DNA of 64,000 nucleotides from Bispira polyomma (Eukaryota): NCBI GenBank assembly GCA_965649765.1, contig OZ287756.1, positions 44,330,001 to 44,394,000 of the forward strand, read 5' to 3'. Shown piece by piece: positions 52,661 to 64,000 of this stretch (position 1 is its first letter; each line of letters starts with the position of its first letter). The notes under the pieces were generated by a model. It saw only the letters and a program-made list of their open reading frames with translations, ran no database searches and was not told where the DNA came from. The position numbers and the translations under genes were made by a program.

Positions 52661-53022
52661 CTCGATCCATGGCGCGAGTGAGCTCTGCTCTTCCTTGAAG
52701 AAGACGGTGGCAGTGGAGAGAAGGACCTTGCCCCCGCCCTTGACCCCTGATGACCTACATTCTCTGCATCCTCCGACTTTCTTTGACCTATATCTGGCAA
52801 GGGTTCCACACTGGATGACGATCTGGTGGCAGAGTGGCTGTGGAGCCCTGAAGCTGTATTCTCTCGTGTGGGTAAGGGAGGAAGTCGTAACGGCGACTGT
52901 AATCTCTGGCCATCGCTCTTAGCCGTCCGGATTGTGTCAATCTTAGTTTTAATGGCGTCTTTTCGTTTTTCCAGGAAGCTGAGTTCTCGCTCCAGTGAAA
53001 ACACAGCAAAGCCATTATACAT
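52659..53022 (-). CDS. First coding exon of the giant gene (MYNGFAVFSLERELSFLEKRKDAIKTKIDTIRTAK...RHGSR); the exon itself starts at 53060
   Basis: Acceptor ttacttttacAG| before 53060. There is an in-frame TAA upstream of the ATG at 53022, which has A at -3. The region is GC-rich and coding-like. The phase-1 donor AGAT|GTAAAG fits the next exon. No hydrophobic signal peptide. Confidence 0.8.
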
Positions 53023-54080
53023 CTTCTCTCTGGGAGGGTTTTAAACCCTTTTTGGGGGTTCTGTAAAAGTAACTTATATTTTAAAAATACTTTGAAATTT
53101 TATCTTTCAAACAACTAAAATTCACTGTCAGTTTTTAAAACTCTTTGCATTTCCTTTTTTTTCTTCTGTAGTTGGTGTAAAACTGTTTAGTACAATTGTT
53201 TTTTAATTCCATCTGTACCAGTTAGGAATAAACTATGTATATAAACCACTACTTTTTTGTCTACCTTATTATAGATATGCCAGGTGGCATTTTAAACACG
53301 TGACTTCTCTCATCATTTGTTCACACTAAAACTTATATATTTACACCTTCAGTAAAAAGCTGCCTTAAAACACCATACGTGGTGATTGTTCCTCCTTCTA
53401 GAAGTCAACTGGTCAGACCATTCCCAGGATTTCACCTAAGTAACCACATTTGTTAGGTCACTAAGTGTACATATCTTGTATCCAGGGAAAAAATGATCTG
53501 AATAAATAACTGTATCAGCTGAAAATTCAGCTGAAAAAAAATTTCACAAATGTTTTGAAGGAATTTACCGAAATGTTTTTTTTTTGTAGCATTTGCAAAT
53601 TTTTAGTTTTTACTGGGAATTAATTTTTATTGGCTGAAATAGTACAAATTAACTACCTAGTACAAATGTATAACTCATATAGTATACATGACAGATAATT
53701 TGATGTCAGTCTTTCTTATAAACGGAGTTAAAGGAACACCCACCCCTCCTTTGATCTGACCAAACCGAGTTATCACTTGTGTATATATGTGTATAAGGAA
53801 GAAGATGTTGTATGTATCTATAATAACCGCGTAATAAGCTAATTACACCACCATCACAAGACAACTGTACTCAATAACATGGTATAAATACCCCCCCCCC
53901 CTCCCCCCAAAATGAAAGGAACTCTGAGAAGACAAAGTCACAAAAGCTGAATTCTACCTGCAAAGTAAAATGTATTGCAAATTTTACATCTTATATGGCA
54001 ATCGCCTTATTATGTTCTCTAAAGTATGTAAATTAAAGAAAAATTAATTTAAACATAAGAGAATTAAGGGGCGCATATAC

Positions 54081-54150
54081 CTGTCTGATTTTGCTTCCGA
54101 AACCGTCGTCCGTTTCCATCATCCGAAAAAATTTAAATCAAACAAAACAA
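54081..54150 (-). other. Putative 5' leader exon of the giant gene (5' boundary unknown)
   Basis: Donor GACAG|GTATAT (GT at 54080-54079) in a locally CpG-rich patch about 1 kb upstream of the acceptor at 53061. Confidence 0.45.
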
Positions 54151-54169
54151 AAGTAAGATACATTTCCCA

Positions 54170-54181
54170 GACGTCACTTCC
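54170..54181 (-). promoter_or_regulatory. Overlapping ETS/CRE-like motif GGAAGTGACGTC
   Basis: Plus-strand gacgtcacttcc just upstream of the putative leader exon. Motif match only. Confidence 0.35.
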
Positions 54182-54252
54182 ATATCGGGAGTCGAATGAT
54201 TTTGACCATTTTTTTTCAGATGACAGATTGGAAGGTGACATAATTCGATGAT

Positions 54253-54400
54253 CCCCCGTGGTTTAGTGGTTAGGGTGTTGGTCTGTTTATCAGAAGGTCC
54301 CCGGTTCTATTCCCGGTATTAACCGCTAGTTTCATTTGGTGGCTGCCCATGAGGAAGCGTATTTGAAATGGTCCTGTGTTGTATAAGTGCGCTAAAACAA
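54253..54400 (+). mobile_element. Short tRNA-derived SINE-like element
   Basis: A box TGGTTTAGTGG and B-box-like GGTTCTATTCC at tRNA spacing, followed by a non-tRNA body. Confidence 0.6.
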
Positions 54401-55057
54401 ATGTACTATATCATAATTTCACTCTAATTTCACTTCAAAACATGGCTACTAGAAAAACTGGCCATTTTTTTGGATGCAGTGTTTCTGCAAATTTGGATGT
54501 CGGGTGACGAAAACAGATGTCGGATTTGGACGCATAATCAGCCAGGTATATTCGGCCCTTTAGTTTTACACTGTAATAAATGTTCTCAAACTCAGATGAT
54601 TCTCCTAAAGTTTGCTCTTTCCCTTTTTTGGCCATTGTGCCAGTTTATTGTATCAGTAAATACTACAGCTAAGATAAGACATGCTTATTTGCCCCTCACA
54701 CACATAGGACTGTGTTTCAAAGTTTACTCAGAGCTTTCTCCATCTGTGTACGTGTAAAGTAAGGCAGGCTTATCTGTAGATATGTGATGTGGAATTCCTG
54801 TTATTGTAAAGTCCTTTTATCATTTCTTGGTAACTCTCTGTTAACTGTATCGCTCACCAAAAAAAAAAAACATCTATAGCCTAATCAATAGTCCAGGCTA
54901 TATAGGCTATTGAAAATTAATTCCCATTTTAATTTTTAACCAACAACTTGTCAAATTATGCAAAAATTATTTTAGTTAATTCCAGAGAATGAAATTTATT
55001 TCACTTAATTCCAGGGAGTGACAGTCAGTGGTGAAAGTTGGTTGTACATGTTAGCCT

Positions 55058-55340
55058 GGGCTTCCTTTCAGTCGGTTTTTGGCGGCCAAAGTCAGTATTG
55101 CCAGTAATTTATCAGTCACTATTTAACGTTATGAAGTGCTTCTTTTCATCAGATTTTCGTCAGATCCGCTCAGATGTCGGCATACGTCTGTTGTCCCTTC
55201 AGAATTTATCGGTCAGGGAGCGAAATATTGGCAGGTTGGTCCGATTTTTTGGTAAAAAATTGAGAAAAAAAGTTCTCACCATTTTACATAGTCTATATCG
55301 GATGAAAGGAAGTGCTGATGTCGGAGCGACTCGGATGTTA
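55058..55340 (+). mobile_element. Truncated or diverged copy of the MITE family at 61615-61900
   Basis: Collinear similarity: gggcttcctttcag.cg.ttttt...gattttcgtcagatcc..tcagatgt.gg...acgtctgttgt...ggtccgatttttt...ctcggatgtta. The right TIR is missing. Confidence 0.75.
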
Positions 55341-57279
55341 TTTTGGTACTTTGGTAGAGGTATGCACTCTACCGAGTGCCCTTCTTCTTTGTATTCATAT
55401 TTTACTTGAATATATGACTTATTAACTTGAATATACAAGTTAAGTAAAAAAAATTAAAAAACATTAGAATAATAAAACATGTTGGCAGCTCTGTACGGCC
55501 GTATATAAAATCCTGAAGGAAAAGTAAAAATGGCCCAGAAATAAAATGAAGTTAAGACGCATTGTTCCTTATTGCATTCTTCTCCACCAAATTTTATGTA
55601 AATCGGTTCAATATGTGTGTGTAATCCTGGTGACAAAAAGTGTGTGTAATCCTGGTGACAAACAAATAAACCAATAGACACCAATGAAACATAACATCCT
55701 TGACAGAGGTAAGAAACTTTTTTACTCAGGAATTTTTTTGGGTCGAAGACCTCTTACTAGAGGGTTAGATGGTTGTCACCAAGTTTGTTCGACAGATCCA
55801 ACATGAACCATTCATGCAAAATTAACTGAGTTATAGTGAAATTACAATAGACGATTTTCAAAATAGCTACAATAGACTTATTTTAGGCGGCCTTCACATC
55901 CTTCTGAGCTGCCTTTTTTAAAAGGCTATTCTTGTTTATTTAGACTTTTTGTTCAGTGGTGTGCCTGTATGTAATTGTATCAATAGGACAGTTTCTGCCA
56001 ATTGTACAGTGTGGTGGAGTGAGGGAACCATTTTTATGTCTCTCAATGTCTTACTCCATACCACCTCCCACCAACCCACCCCAAGCCCAGCGTAAACTTT
56101 ATACAAACATTGTGCTATAGGAATAGAATTGCCAGGTGTATTGAAGTGGGGGAGGGGGGACACATCCATACCCTTTTTTCCTACAAGTGACATCAAACAG
56201 TTGACGTTGAGAATAAGCTTGTTATCACTGCACTGAGCATTCTTGCAGGAAACAGTTTACACCCATGACTTGTTAAGTAGATACTTTTTGTGACAATGAC
56301 ATACAGTTATTAATTAATTTTGAAAAATGGCTTGTTTAAATATCTGCACAGAGTACTCTGTTATATATAGTGGTTGGTTGCCCTTGGTTTAATGGATTTT
56401 AATGTATTCTTAGTTTAAATTGATCACTAAGTTTGACAAGACCCAGGCACACATACCACGATTTGATGCTTCCTCTATTAAAGGTGCAGAGGATGAAGAA
56501 GGAATGATGGACGTAGATTCCCCCCCCCCTCCATACACACACACAACCTCGTTTTCACTGCTGGGCCACGTGTAAACTAAAAATCATTGTCAATTTCTGG
56601 AAGTGTTATATTGGGTATTAAGAACAATTATCCTGCTTTTGATCACATTTCCGAGTTTTTGTGGACAGTGTTATTATGTGATGACGGAGAGAGAGGGAAA
56701 CTATTGAAGATTATATTAGAGTACCAATTGGAACCAACTTCCGTTTCAGATTGCCGTTCGTTAATTGAAAACTAAAGGGACCGACCCAATGAGGCTGCGC
56801 CGACAAATTGCATTCCCGGAAAAAAGACAGGTTTTCACAAGGGGGGTTTATACCGAAGTGTACAGATATTGTTCTTATTCCAAAATGAATATATGTCCTT
56901 ATATACCCCAGTGTTGTTTCCCCAAAAGATTATAATCTTGAGATAGATGGTCCTTTTAATCATATTTCCTTATACATACACTATAAGTTATTGTTTTAAA
57001 AAACATTAATTTGTTTTGTTTTATGAACAAGAGCTACAGGCATATTGCTATAGCAACTGGGTTTTTTTTTCAAAATAAGAAGCAAAGGCTGCCATAAACC
57101 TAAGATAAATATTTCTGAAGGGAAAAAAATAATGTGTATTTATGGAATTTCCACGTGGTGTTTTATGTATTAATGATGTAACATCCCTTTTATATTCTAA
57201 TTTCCGGGGATTTTTTTAAAGAGAGATAAAAAGAATGATATTTAAATGCAACTGTTTTAGTCCACAAACAAAGTATATA

Positions 57280-57379
57280 TATAAATAGCGTGCATATAAA
57301 GTTCTACTAGAATTACTTTGGAACTATTCTATGGTACTAATCCAGTCTGGTGTGTGGACTATATCATTATTATCAACAG
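57280..57379 (+). promoter_or_regulatory. Putative TATA box and non-coding first exon of the plus-strand secreted-protein gene
   Basis: TATAAATA at 57280-57287, followed about 90 bp later by a strong donor CAACAG|GTATGT (GT at 57380-57381). Confidence 0.45.
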
Positions 57380-57817
57380 GTATGTTCAAACTATTAATTC
57401 TTTAGCATATATTTGTGTCATAGGCTTATTACATAATGCATTGTTTTATATGGCTAATGTCTATTATATATGGGTTTCTAAAGTAAAGTAAGTAAGCAAG
57501 TCTGTTTTATTCAGAAAGTTACTTTTATATACATTTTCTTTTTTTCAAAAAGTTTAACTTTATAGTATATATCTGTTTATTTTATGTTATTAATAGAATA
57601 AAAAAACAAACTGGCTTATCTCAAATATTTATAATTTGAGCTATTTTAGGAGGGGGGGGACAACATCTACAAACCATTATTGATTCTGCAAAGGGTATGT
57701 TTTGCAACATTCTATGTTTGTTTGGAATTGGCAATGTTTATACATAAAATCTCCAGAAATTTATGAACATTCTACATATTTTGATTAAACTCCACAAGCT
57801 CATTTCATAGCAAAACA

Positions 57818-58000
57818 GGGAGGCCGCTGTGTTTTAGTGGCTAAAATCGTTAGCTTCACAATCACTGGCCAAATCATCGGCCAATGTGGGTTTAAATCCT
57901 GTTTGTTCTTCCTGCGGGGAAGTTTCTCAGGTACTTTCTGTAGACCAGTGGTTCATTTTACCCTTAAATCTGACCATCGCAATATGACGTAAGCTGTTGA
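57818..58000 (+). mobile_element. Degenerate tRNA-derived SINE
   Basis: ggccgctgtgttttagtgg...gcttcacaatcactgg, shared with the 50952 SINE head, then gggtttaaatcc. Confidence 0.6.
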
Positions 58001-58934
58001 CCAATATAAGTTTGATAATCTTCCTCAAATTTATGAACAAGTACACAGTAAATGTTTAGAATATTTTGTGACACACTGTTTGAGTGTTCTTATTTCTGTA
58101 CAATATTTCAGGGACTATGGACATTTCCCAAATAATAGAAAATGTTACAAAGCATACAAAAGCATTATTACCAGCACACATATTGCTAGTTCTAAGTAGT
58201 GTAAGATACAGACATATCCAATAATTATTTGGCATAAAGATATATATTCTAATTATTAAATATACATTGTGTTGTTATCGGTATTAATTTTGTCCTATCA
58301 TAACGTTATGGCGCTTTGAGTTCTCCTACAGGGAAGATTTAGCCTCTGGAAAAAACTAAATTTGATTTGTTTAGTAAGTAGGACGTCATGGGTAGATTAT
58401 TGTGCCATTAAGTTGCCAACACTGTGGGGGTCTATACTTGTCTCCTATTCATTTACTTAGCAGGTTTTTTGGGGGTGGGTAATTCTATTAGCTACCCTGG
58501 TCTGTATTGGTAATGGTGAATGGATGTTTTCCTTTATTAAAAGTTTGGTTATATTTTTTACCAAAAAAGGGTATTTTGGTATTATCCTTTTTTTCCTAAC
58601 TTTAAACACCAATAAACAACAAGAAATTTTCTAACACGTGGGGCAAATATTTTCACCAGAGATTTATTCATAGCACATTTGCAGCGTCGATTTGTATGAA
58701 AGAGACCTAGGTATTACACACACAGACCTGTATCAAAACATTTCAATCATAGTGTCATAAATATAGAGTCTCATATTTAGTCTCATTCACTGACTGGGAA
58801 ATAATGCCAATCAAGATAATATACACATCAATAGGAGAATAGAATTGTATTCTATCTAGTCAGCATGGACTTCATATTCCAGCAGTAACATTAACCAACA
58901 TGTCAATAATTACCCCTCTTCAATTTACTCTTGT

Positions 58935-59135
58935 GGGCCTCTGTTGTGTGGTGGTAACACACTTGCCTCCAACCATCTGCAATCGTGGGTTCGAATATTG
59001 GCTTGGACGTGGGAAAGTCTGCTGTAGACTTGCTGGAGGCTGATGGTTGGACCAAACTACCCAACTCTGATTTCCTCCACCAGTAAACTGCTGGTCATTA
59101 TATCACACAAAATGTGTTGAAAACCATGTTAAAGC
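58935..59135 (+). mobile_element. Degenerate tRNA-derived SINE (same family as 45620-45848)
   Basis: gggcctctg...tggtggtaacacactt...tcgtgggttcgaat...gtgggaaagt...tttcctccacc...atgtgttgaaa. Confidence 0.65.
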
Positions 59136-59217
59136 TATAAATACATCTTATTTACTGCATGTGCCAATATTTAATCTTAACTGTTTAACTTTTTTTCTTG
59201 TGCTATTAACTTTCAGC

Positions 59218-59344
59218 ATGACCACCTTAACTAGACTCCTGTGTATAATTGTCACACTGGTGTGCTTGAGCTATGACGTCATCGGCGAACTCAAAGGCCA
59301 CAGCTTTCTGGAGATGGAGGAAGAACCAATCAAGGAGGACTTAG
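59218..59344 (+). CDS. First coding exon of a secreted pre-pro-protein: MTTLTRLLCIIVTLVCLSYDVIGELKGHSFLEMEEEPIKEDL
   Basis: Polypyrimidine tract and tttcAG|C ATG. The N-terminus looks like a signal peptide (R, then LLCIIVTLVCL, possible cleavage at VIG|E), followed by an acidic pro-like segment. Phase-1 donor TTAG|GTGACG. Confidence 0.75.
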
Positions 59345-60524
59345 GTGACGTCACATGTTCAATTAATTGTCATTTGCATACTGGATTTGTTAAAGGAAAT
59401 CATTAAAATTTATTGCTTAAATTCCCCCTAGTAGTTTAATTCGTGCCTAATTTGATGTGTTGATTATTTGATGATTTAAGTGTTGTTCCAAAAAGTATTA
59501 TTTCGCAAGGAGACAGAACAGATATTGCACATTGGAAACTTGTAATATATTCCATATAATGGAGACTGAGCTATTATCTGAACATTTTCAAAGACGAAAA
59601 ATAAAGATTCTTGAAGCAGACTAAAATCTATATTCACATATAATTGATACAGTGTCTCTTGAAAAAAAAGTTACAAAGATCCAGAACCAATATGATCTTT
59701 CTCAATAATTATTATGTGTAAATCTAGAAAAAGTTTTCCGCGATAGCTCTATGAGTAAAGGAAGGTCATTGAGCTAGTACTGATTTTTGTTGGGTTGATG
59801 AAACCCTGTAATGCCCCATAGAATCATTGTATTGTACTACTATTAACAGACTGTCTGAGGTGTTAAGTTCACAGACCTGTAAAGTTAATGCCCAGTGTTA
59901 ATAAGGTCAGAGTTCCTATACATTCATTAAGGAGTTGAATACATATCCTTTAATCTGTCTTTCTTACCCTTTCTTTCAAGTGTGTTATCTGTAAAGAATA
60001 TACAATGGCTGTAGCAGTGACCTTAGCCTCTGGGAAGTGGGAAGTTGTTTTCTTTTGACATGTCACAACTGTATTTACATTTTTTCCAAAGAGTAATAGA
60101 TATTGAATATTAGCAGTGTAGTTGCGTGGGGTGTTTGTTCAGCATTCCAATATTTGTTTGTGTCCATTTTAGTGATATTGTGGACAGTCGTTTTTCTAAA
60201 TTCATTTAAAAATTACTAATTTTTTTTACAGATTTTTAAATGCTTAAGTATCATTTCCACGAATAGCCTCCCCTATTGTATCTCATGTTGAAATGTTTCA
60301 AAATGCTTTAGACACGTCTTATTTTGCTCTGTCGTCAAAGATTTGAACTGTTTAAAACTTTTGTGGCGGACCTCCCAGTTGTTTCTGGTTTCCTAAATTT
60401 TGTTAAAAGTGACGATTCGTGTCATCTGTCACAATGGAAACATAGCACTATATGGCAGAATGTGGGGTTTTTTCTGTAAGGTTTGTCTTGATGTGTCTGC
60501 AAATGTGAGGAAAAGTGTGCCATT

Positions 60525-60897
60525 TATCACAACATATCACAGCATATCGCAACATATCACAACATATCACAACATATCACAGCATATCACAACATATCAC
60601 AACATATCACAGCATATCACAACATATCACAACATATCACAGCATATCACAACATATCACAACATATCACAGCATATCACAACATATTACAACATATCAC
60701 AGCATATCACAACATATCACAGCATATCACAGCATATCACAACATATCACAACATATCACAGCATATCACAACATATCACAGCATATCACAACATATCAC
60801 AACATATCACAGCATATCACAACATATCACAACATATCACAGCATATCACAACATATCACAGCATATCACAGCATATCACAACATATCACAACATAT
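60525..60897. repeat. 10-bp minisatellite (A[A/G]CATATCAC)n, about 37 copies, intronic
   Basis: Directly visible as aacatatcac/agcatatcac units. Confidence 0.97.
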
Positions 60898-61614
60898 GAA
60901 AATGAATAAAATATAAAATTTTTTTTTTTTAAAAAGTAAACATGAACAGTATTTTATTGCAAAGACAGAAATGCAGTGCCTGCAAAAACAAACATATAAC
61001 ATGAAAGTTGCCCATCCACTGTGGGCTTGTGGTTCGTCATAATATAGTAAAAATAATGGGTGGTTTAATAAAAGTAACCACCTTCTATCAGTAAATACAT
61101 GCTACTATAAATATTTGTAAAAAAAAAAATTATAGTGACAATTTTTATTTTAAGATTCTTTAGTTTAAGGTCAGGAATCTTTTACTAAAACAGATTACCT
61201 TTTTTATGGAAACTTTACTAAATTTGTTTCTGTATAATTGTAGAAATTTTTTCATGCGGAGTGTTAAAATGCACTGCTTAAGTCCTATTTAGTTGACCTT
61301 TCTTAGCTATGTTTCTTGTCAGTTTGCAAAGCCATGCATAAGGAGAGTGTAAATACATGTAAGATAAAACATTTCTGAGATGGATATTGATAAAATACAA
61401 AAGAAATTATGTTGAAATGATTGTTGATGGTTTTAGTTGCGCCATATTATATATCATCAAGCACTACAGTCGTAAACTTATCTTATCGAGGAATTGTTGT
61501 TTTTAATTTTGTTATACTAAAGTATATGGTTTAATTAAAGAATAACCCATGATCAATCAGGTATATACAGAATTTCACCACGATTGGATACATAGTAATA
61601 CTAAGTCTAAGCTA

Positions 61615-61900
61615 GGGCTTCCTTTCAGCCGATTTTTGCCAGCCGAATTTATCGGTCACTTTTTGATGTTATAAAGTGCTTTCTTTCATCCGATTTTCGT
61701 CAGATCCCATCAGATGTAGGTCGACGTCTGTTGTACCCTTAAAATTTAGGTAGGTCGGTCCGATTTTTTAACAAAAATTAAGAAAAAATATTAAAATATT
61801 TAGTGCATATCAGATAAGAGGAATCGCTACATTGACTGATATCGGATCGGCTCGGATGTTAATAAATCGGCCGACGTCGACTTCGGCTGAAAGGAAGCCT
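61615..61900. mobile_element. MITE of about 285 bp with 17-bp perfect TIRs, possibly PIF/Harbinger-like
   Basis: ggcttcctttcagccga (61616-61632) and tcggctgaaaggaagcc (61883-61899), with TA-containing flanks. A second copy lies at 55058. Confidence 0.82.
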
Positions 61901-62351
61901 ATGCTTAGCCTGATTATGTCTACATTTCCAAGAGTTCTAATTATATTCTATTCTATTCTAACATGACAAATTAAAATAATTAGTAAAATCCTACAATATT
62001 TACTATAATATTGCATTGTTTTCCTGTATCTTTTTACTACAATATGACATTGTTTTTAGGGCATCAAAATGATAAGGACGAAAAGGGCCAATTGTGGTAC
62101 ATTGTGGCATATACTGAATTTTACCGAAGTTTTGAATCCATTCATGTTATGTTACAATTATTAGTAGTGTAAGGGATTTTATCAATGTAAAGCTTATATT
62201 GGTTATATATAATCATACATCAAGAGTATATAAATATAACTATATGACTATCTAATCTCAGTATGCATTATTACCCGTGATGTCACCCTTTCAAATTGAC
62301 TATTTTAACTTTGTATATATATTGACCATACCTCTATTCCACATGATTTAG

Positions 62352-62402
62352 AAACCTCCCTTCTAGATGCAAGAGACCGCCTATTCAGTGAACGAGCCTC
62401 AG
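62352..62402 (+). CDS. Small internal exon of the secreted-protein gene: (E)TSLLDARDRLFSERAS, or from 62367 (D)ARDRLFSERAS
   Basis: Two in-frame acceptors (tttAG ending at 62351, ttctAG ending at 62366) and donor TCAG|GTAAAC, phase 1-1. Confidence 0.6.
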
Positions 62403-63488
62403 GTAAACATACAACCCACTCTTATTCTACCTTTGCCTTGTCTATATCTACAAAATTGATAGCTTAAAAAGCTACATGTCGGAACGTTTCAAAATGTTTC
62501 AGAAACATCTTGATAATAGCCCGGTCACACCTCTCCATTTAGCTGCTGCGTTAGTACTACTAAAGTAAAAAGTAAGAATTTGTTTGAATGTCCTTGCGAA
62601 AAGTATATATTTATTAATTTCAATTATTTGAAACAGTTTGATTGGCCTTCACAAGGGCAATGATGTCATAATAACTATATGACACACTTTTTCACTATGA
62701 CCGGTCCATTAGTGAGAATTAGTAGGTCCACCAGGAATGGTTGAAACTGTTCAAAGCTAGTGTCACACATTTGTCATCAATGGCAGGTTTGAGGGGGATT
62801 TCCCCATCCAGGTCACAAATGTGACAGTATGTGTGGATTTTTGCTTGTGTTCATTCATCCAACTCCACAAATAGCCTTGTAGGTACGTGTGAATGAGACC
62901 AGGCTATAAGGCACACATTATCTGAAAAAGGGGTAGTCTGTTAATGTAGCAAAGTTGTCATCAAGAAGCACTGGAGTAGCGAAGGAACGCTATGGAGTAA
63001 GGTAGATAGACCTTTGTAGGGTAACATCTAGTGGTTTATTCAATTAAAATAGAACAGAGAAGGCAAAGTCACATTTGCCCATCAACTTATTTGGATGTGA
63101 AGTGGAGACTGACAATCTATTGTCACATCTTAGGTACTCTTTCTGATAAGTTGAATTTAATTTGAATTTAGTCAGGATTTACATCGTTTTTCTTATCTAA
63201 TTTGAACATTTTCATATTTTGTCCATCACTTTACATATGTTTATGTTTGTATGTGGCAAGTTTTACATAGTTTATATTGGTTTACTTATATTACAAAAAA
63301 ATATTCACTATAGTATACACTGCCTATTAAAATTGATGAAAATGTTGTAAAACAGAGATACAGAGAGATTTGCCTAAAAAGTAGGGCCATTTCACAATAA
63401 TTTTGAATGTTATAAAATGCAGTTACTACTCCAATATAAACCAGGTAGTTATTTTTAAATTATATTTAGGTTACACTTTTTACAATAG

Positions 63489-63536
63489 GTCAAGATTTGC
63501 TGAAGACCATTCACAGAGGTGGTAGAGATTTAGCAG
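63489..63536 (+). CDS. 48-nt internal exon of the secreted-protein gene: (G)QDLLKTIHRGGRDLA; the gene continues beyond the window
   Basis: Acceptor cttttacaatAG|GT and donor GCAG|GTAGAC, phase 1-1, open and in frame. Confidence 0.6.
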
Positions 63537-64000
63537 GTAGACATCAGACACAGCATGCCATGTTGTCTTACAAATCAAGAACTCTTACTGTCAACTAATG
63601 TTCAACTCTTCTAGCTTTGGTACCTTCTTACTTCTTTTTCTCTCTCCTTAGTAATCCAGTGTATTATTCTTCTCTACATGTGTATTGTACCTCTTTTACA
63701 AAGCAGGGGCCATATTCACAAATCTCCACCAATCAGATGCTCTGAAACAAAAATTTTGGGCCAATCCAATTGGTTGCAGCCAAAAAGAATAAGACTATTT
63801 GTGAATACCCAGCCTATGACTCGAAGTACTCTTAAACAGTTACCACAATTCAGAAAGTAAGTGTAGCATATATTAGCCAGGGACCTTAGCTTAACTAAAA
63901 GCTTGATTAAACAGGAAGGATTTGAGAAATGAAAGTAATACAGGGATTTTTAGGTATATATTAGTTAACACTTTACCAATTTAAAGGGCAAAACTAGTAA

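Noticed and set aside
47842-56775. Short ORFs in introns and intergenic DNA (e.g. 47842, 49767, 54470, 55038, 55936)
   Set aside because: They have no recognisable domains, often start at non-ATG codons, and several overlap repeat remnants.
60400-60916. 169-aa and 133-aa ORFs with SQHITTYHNI repeats
   Set aside because: They are translations of a 10-bp intronic minisatellite with non-ATG starts.

Overview
Eukaryotic, AT-rich invertebrate-type genomic DNA with spliceosomal introns, tRNA-derived SINEs and MITEs; there are no prokaryotic features. About 53 kb belongs to one giant minus-strand gene whose coding exons can be joined by hand through GT-AG, phase-1 junctions: 53022-52659, 49206-49093, 46080-45961, 45092-8637 (a single 36,456-nt exon) and 8089-<1 (open past the window edge, so missing from the ORF track). 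The in-window model is 45,143 nt, about 15,047 codons, with no stop. The protein has a short basic Ser/Pro/Arg-rich head with no signal peptide, then about 90 tandem 134-aa hyper-acidic repeats (402 bp), then at least 11 tandem 190-aa repeats (570 bp). Each 190-aa repeat carries HIDSTAKELVDIAICLA, a close match to the PKA-RII-binding amphipathic helix of A-kinase anchoring proteins (AKAPs), which suggests a megadalton multivalent AKAP-like scaffold. A second, divergently oriented plus-strand gene (about 57.3 kb to beyond the window end) encodes the start of a secreted pre-pro-protein in small phase-1 exons. All gene models are manual predictions without transcript support.
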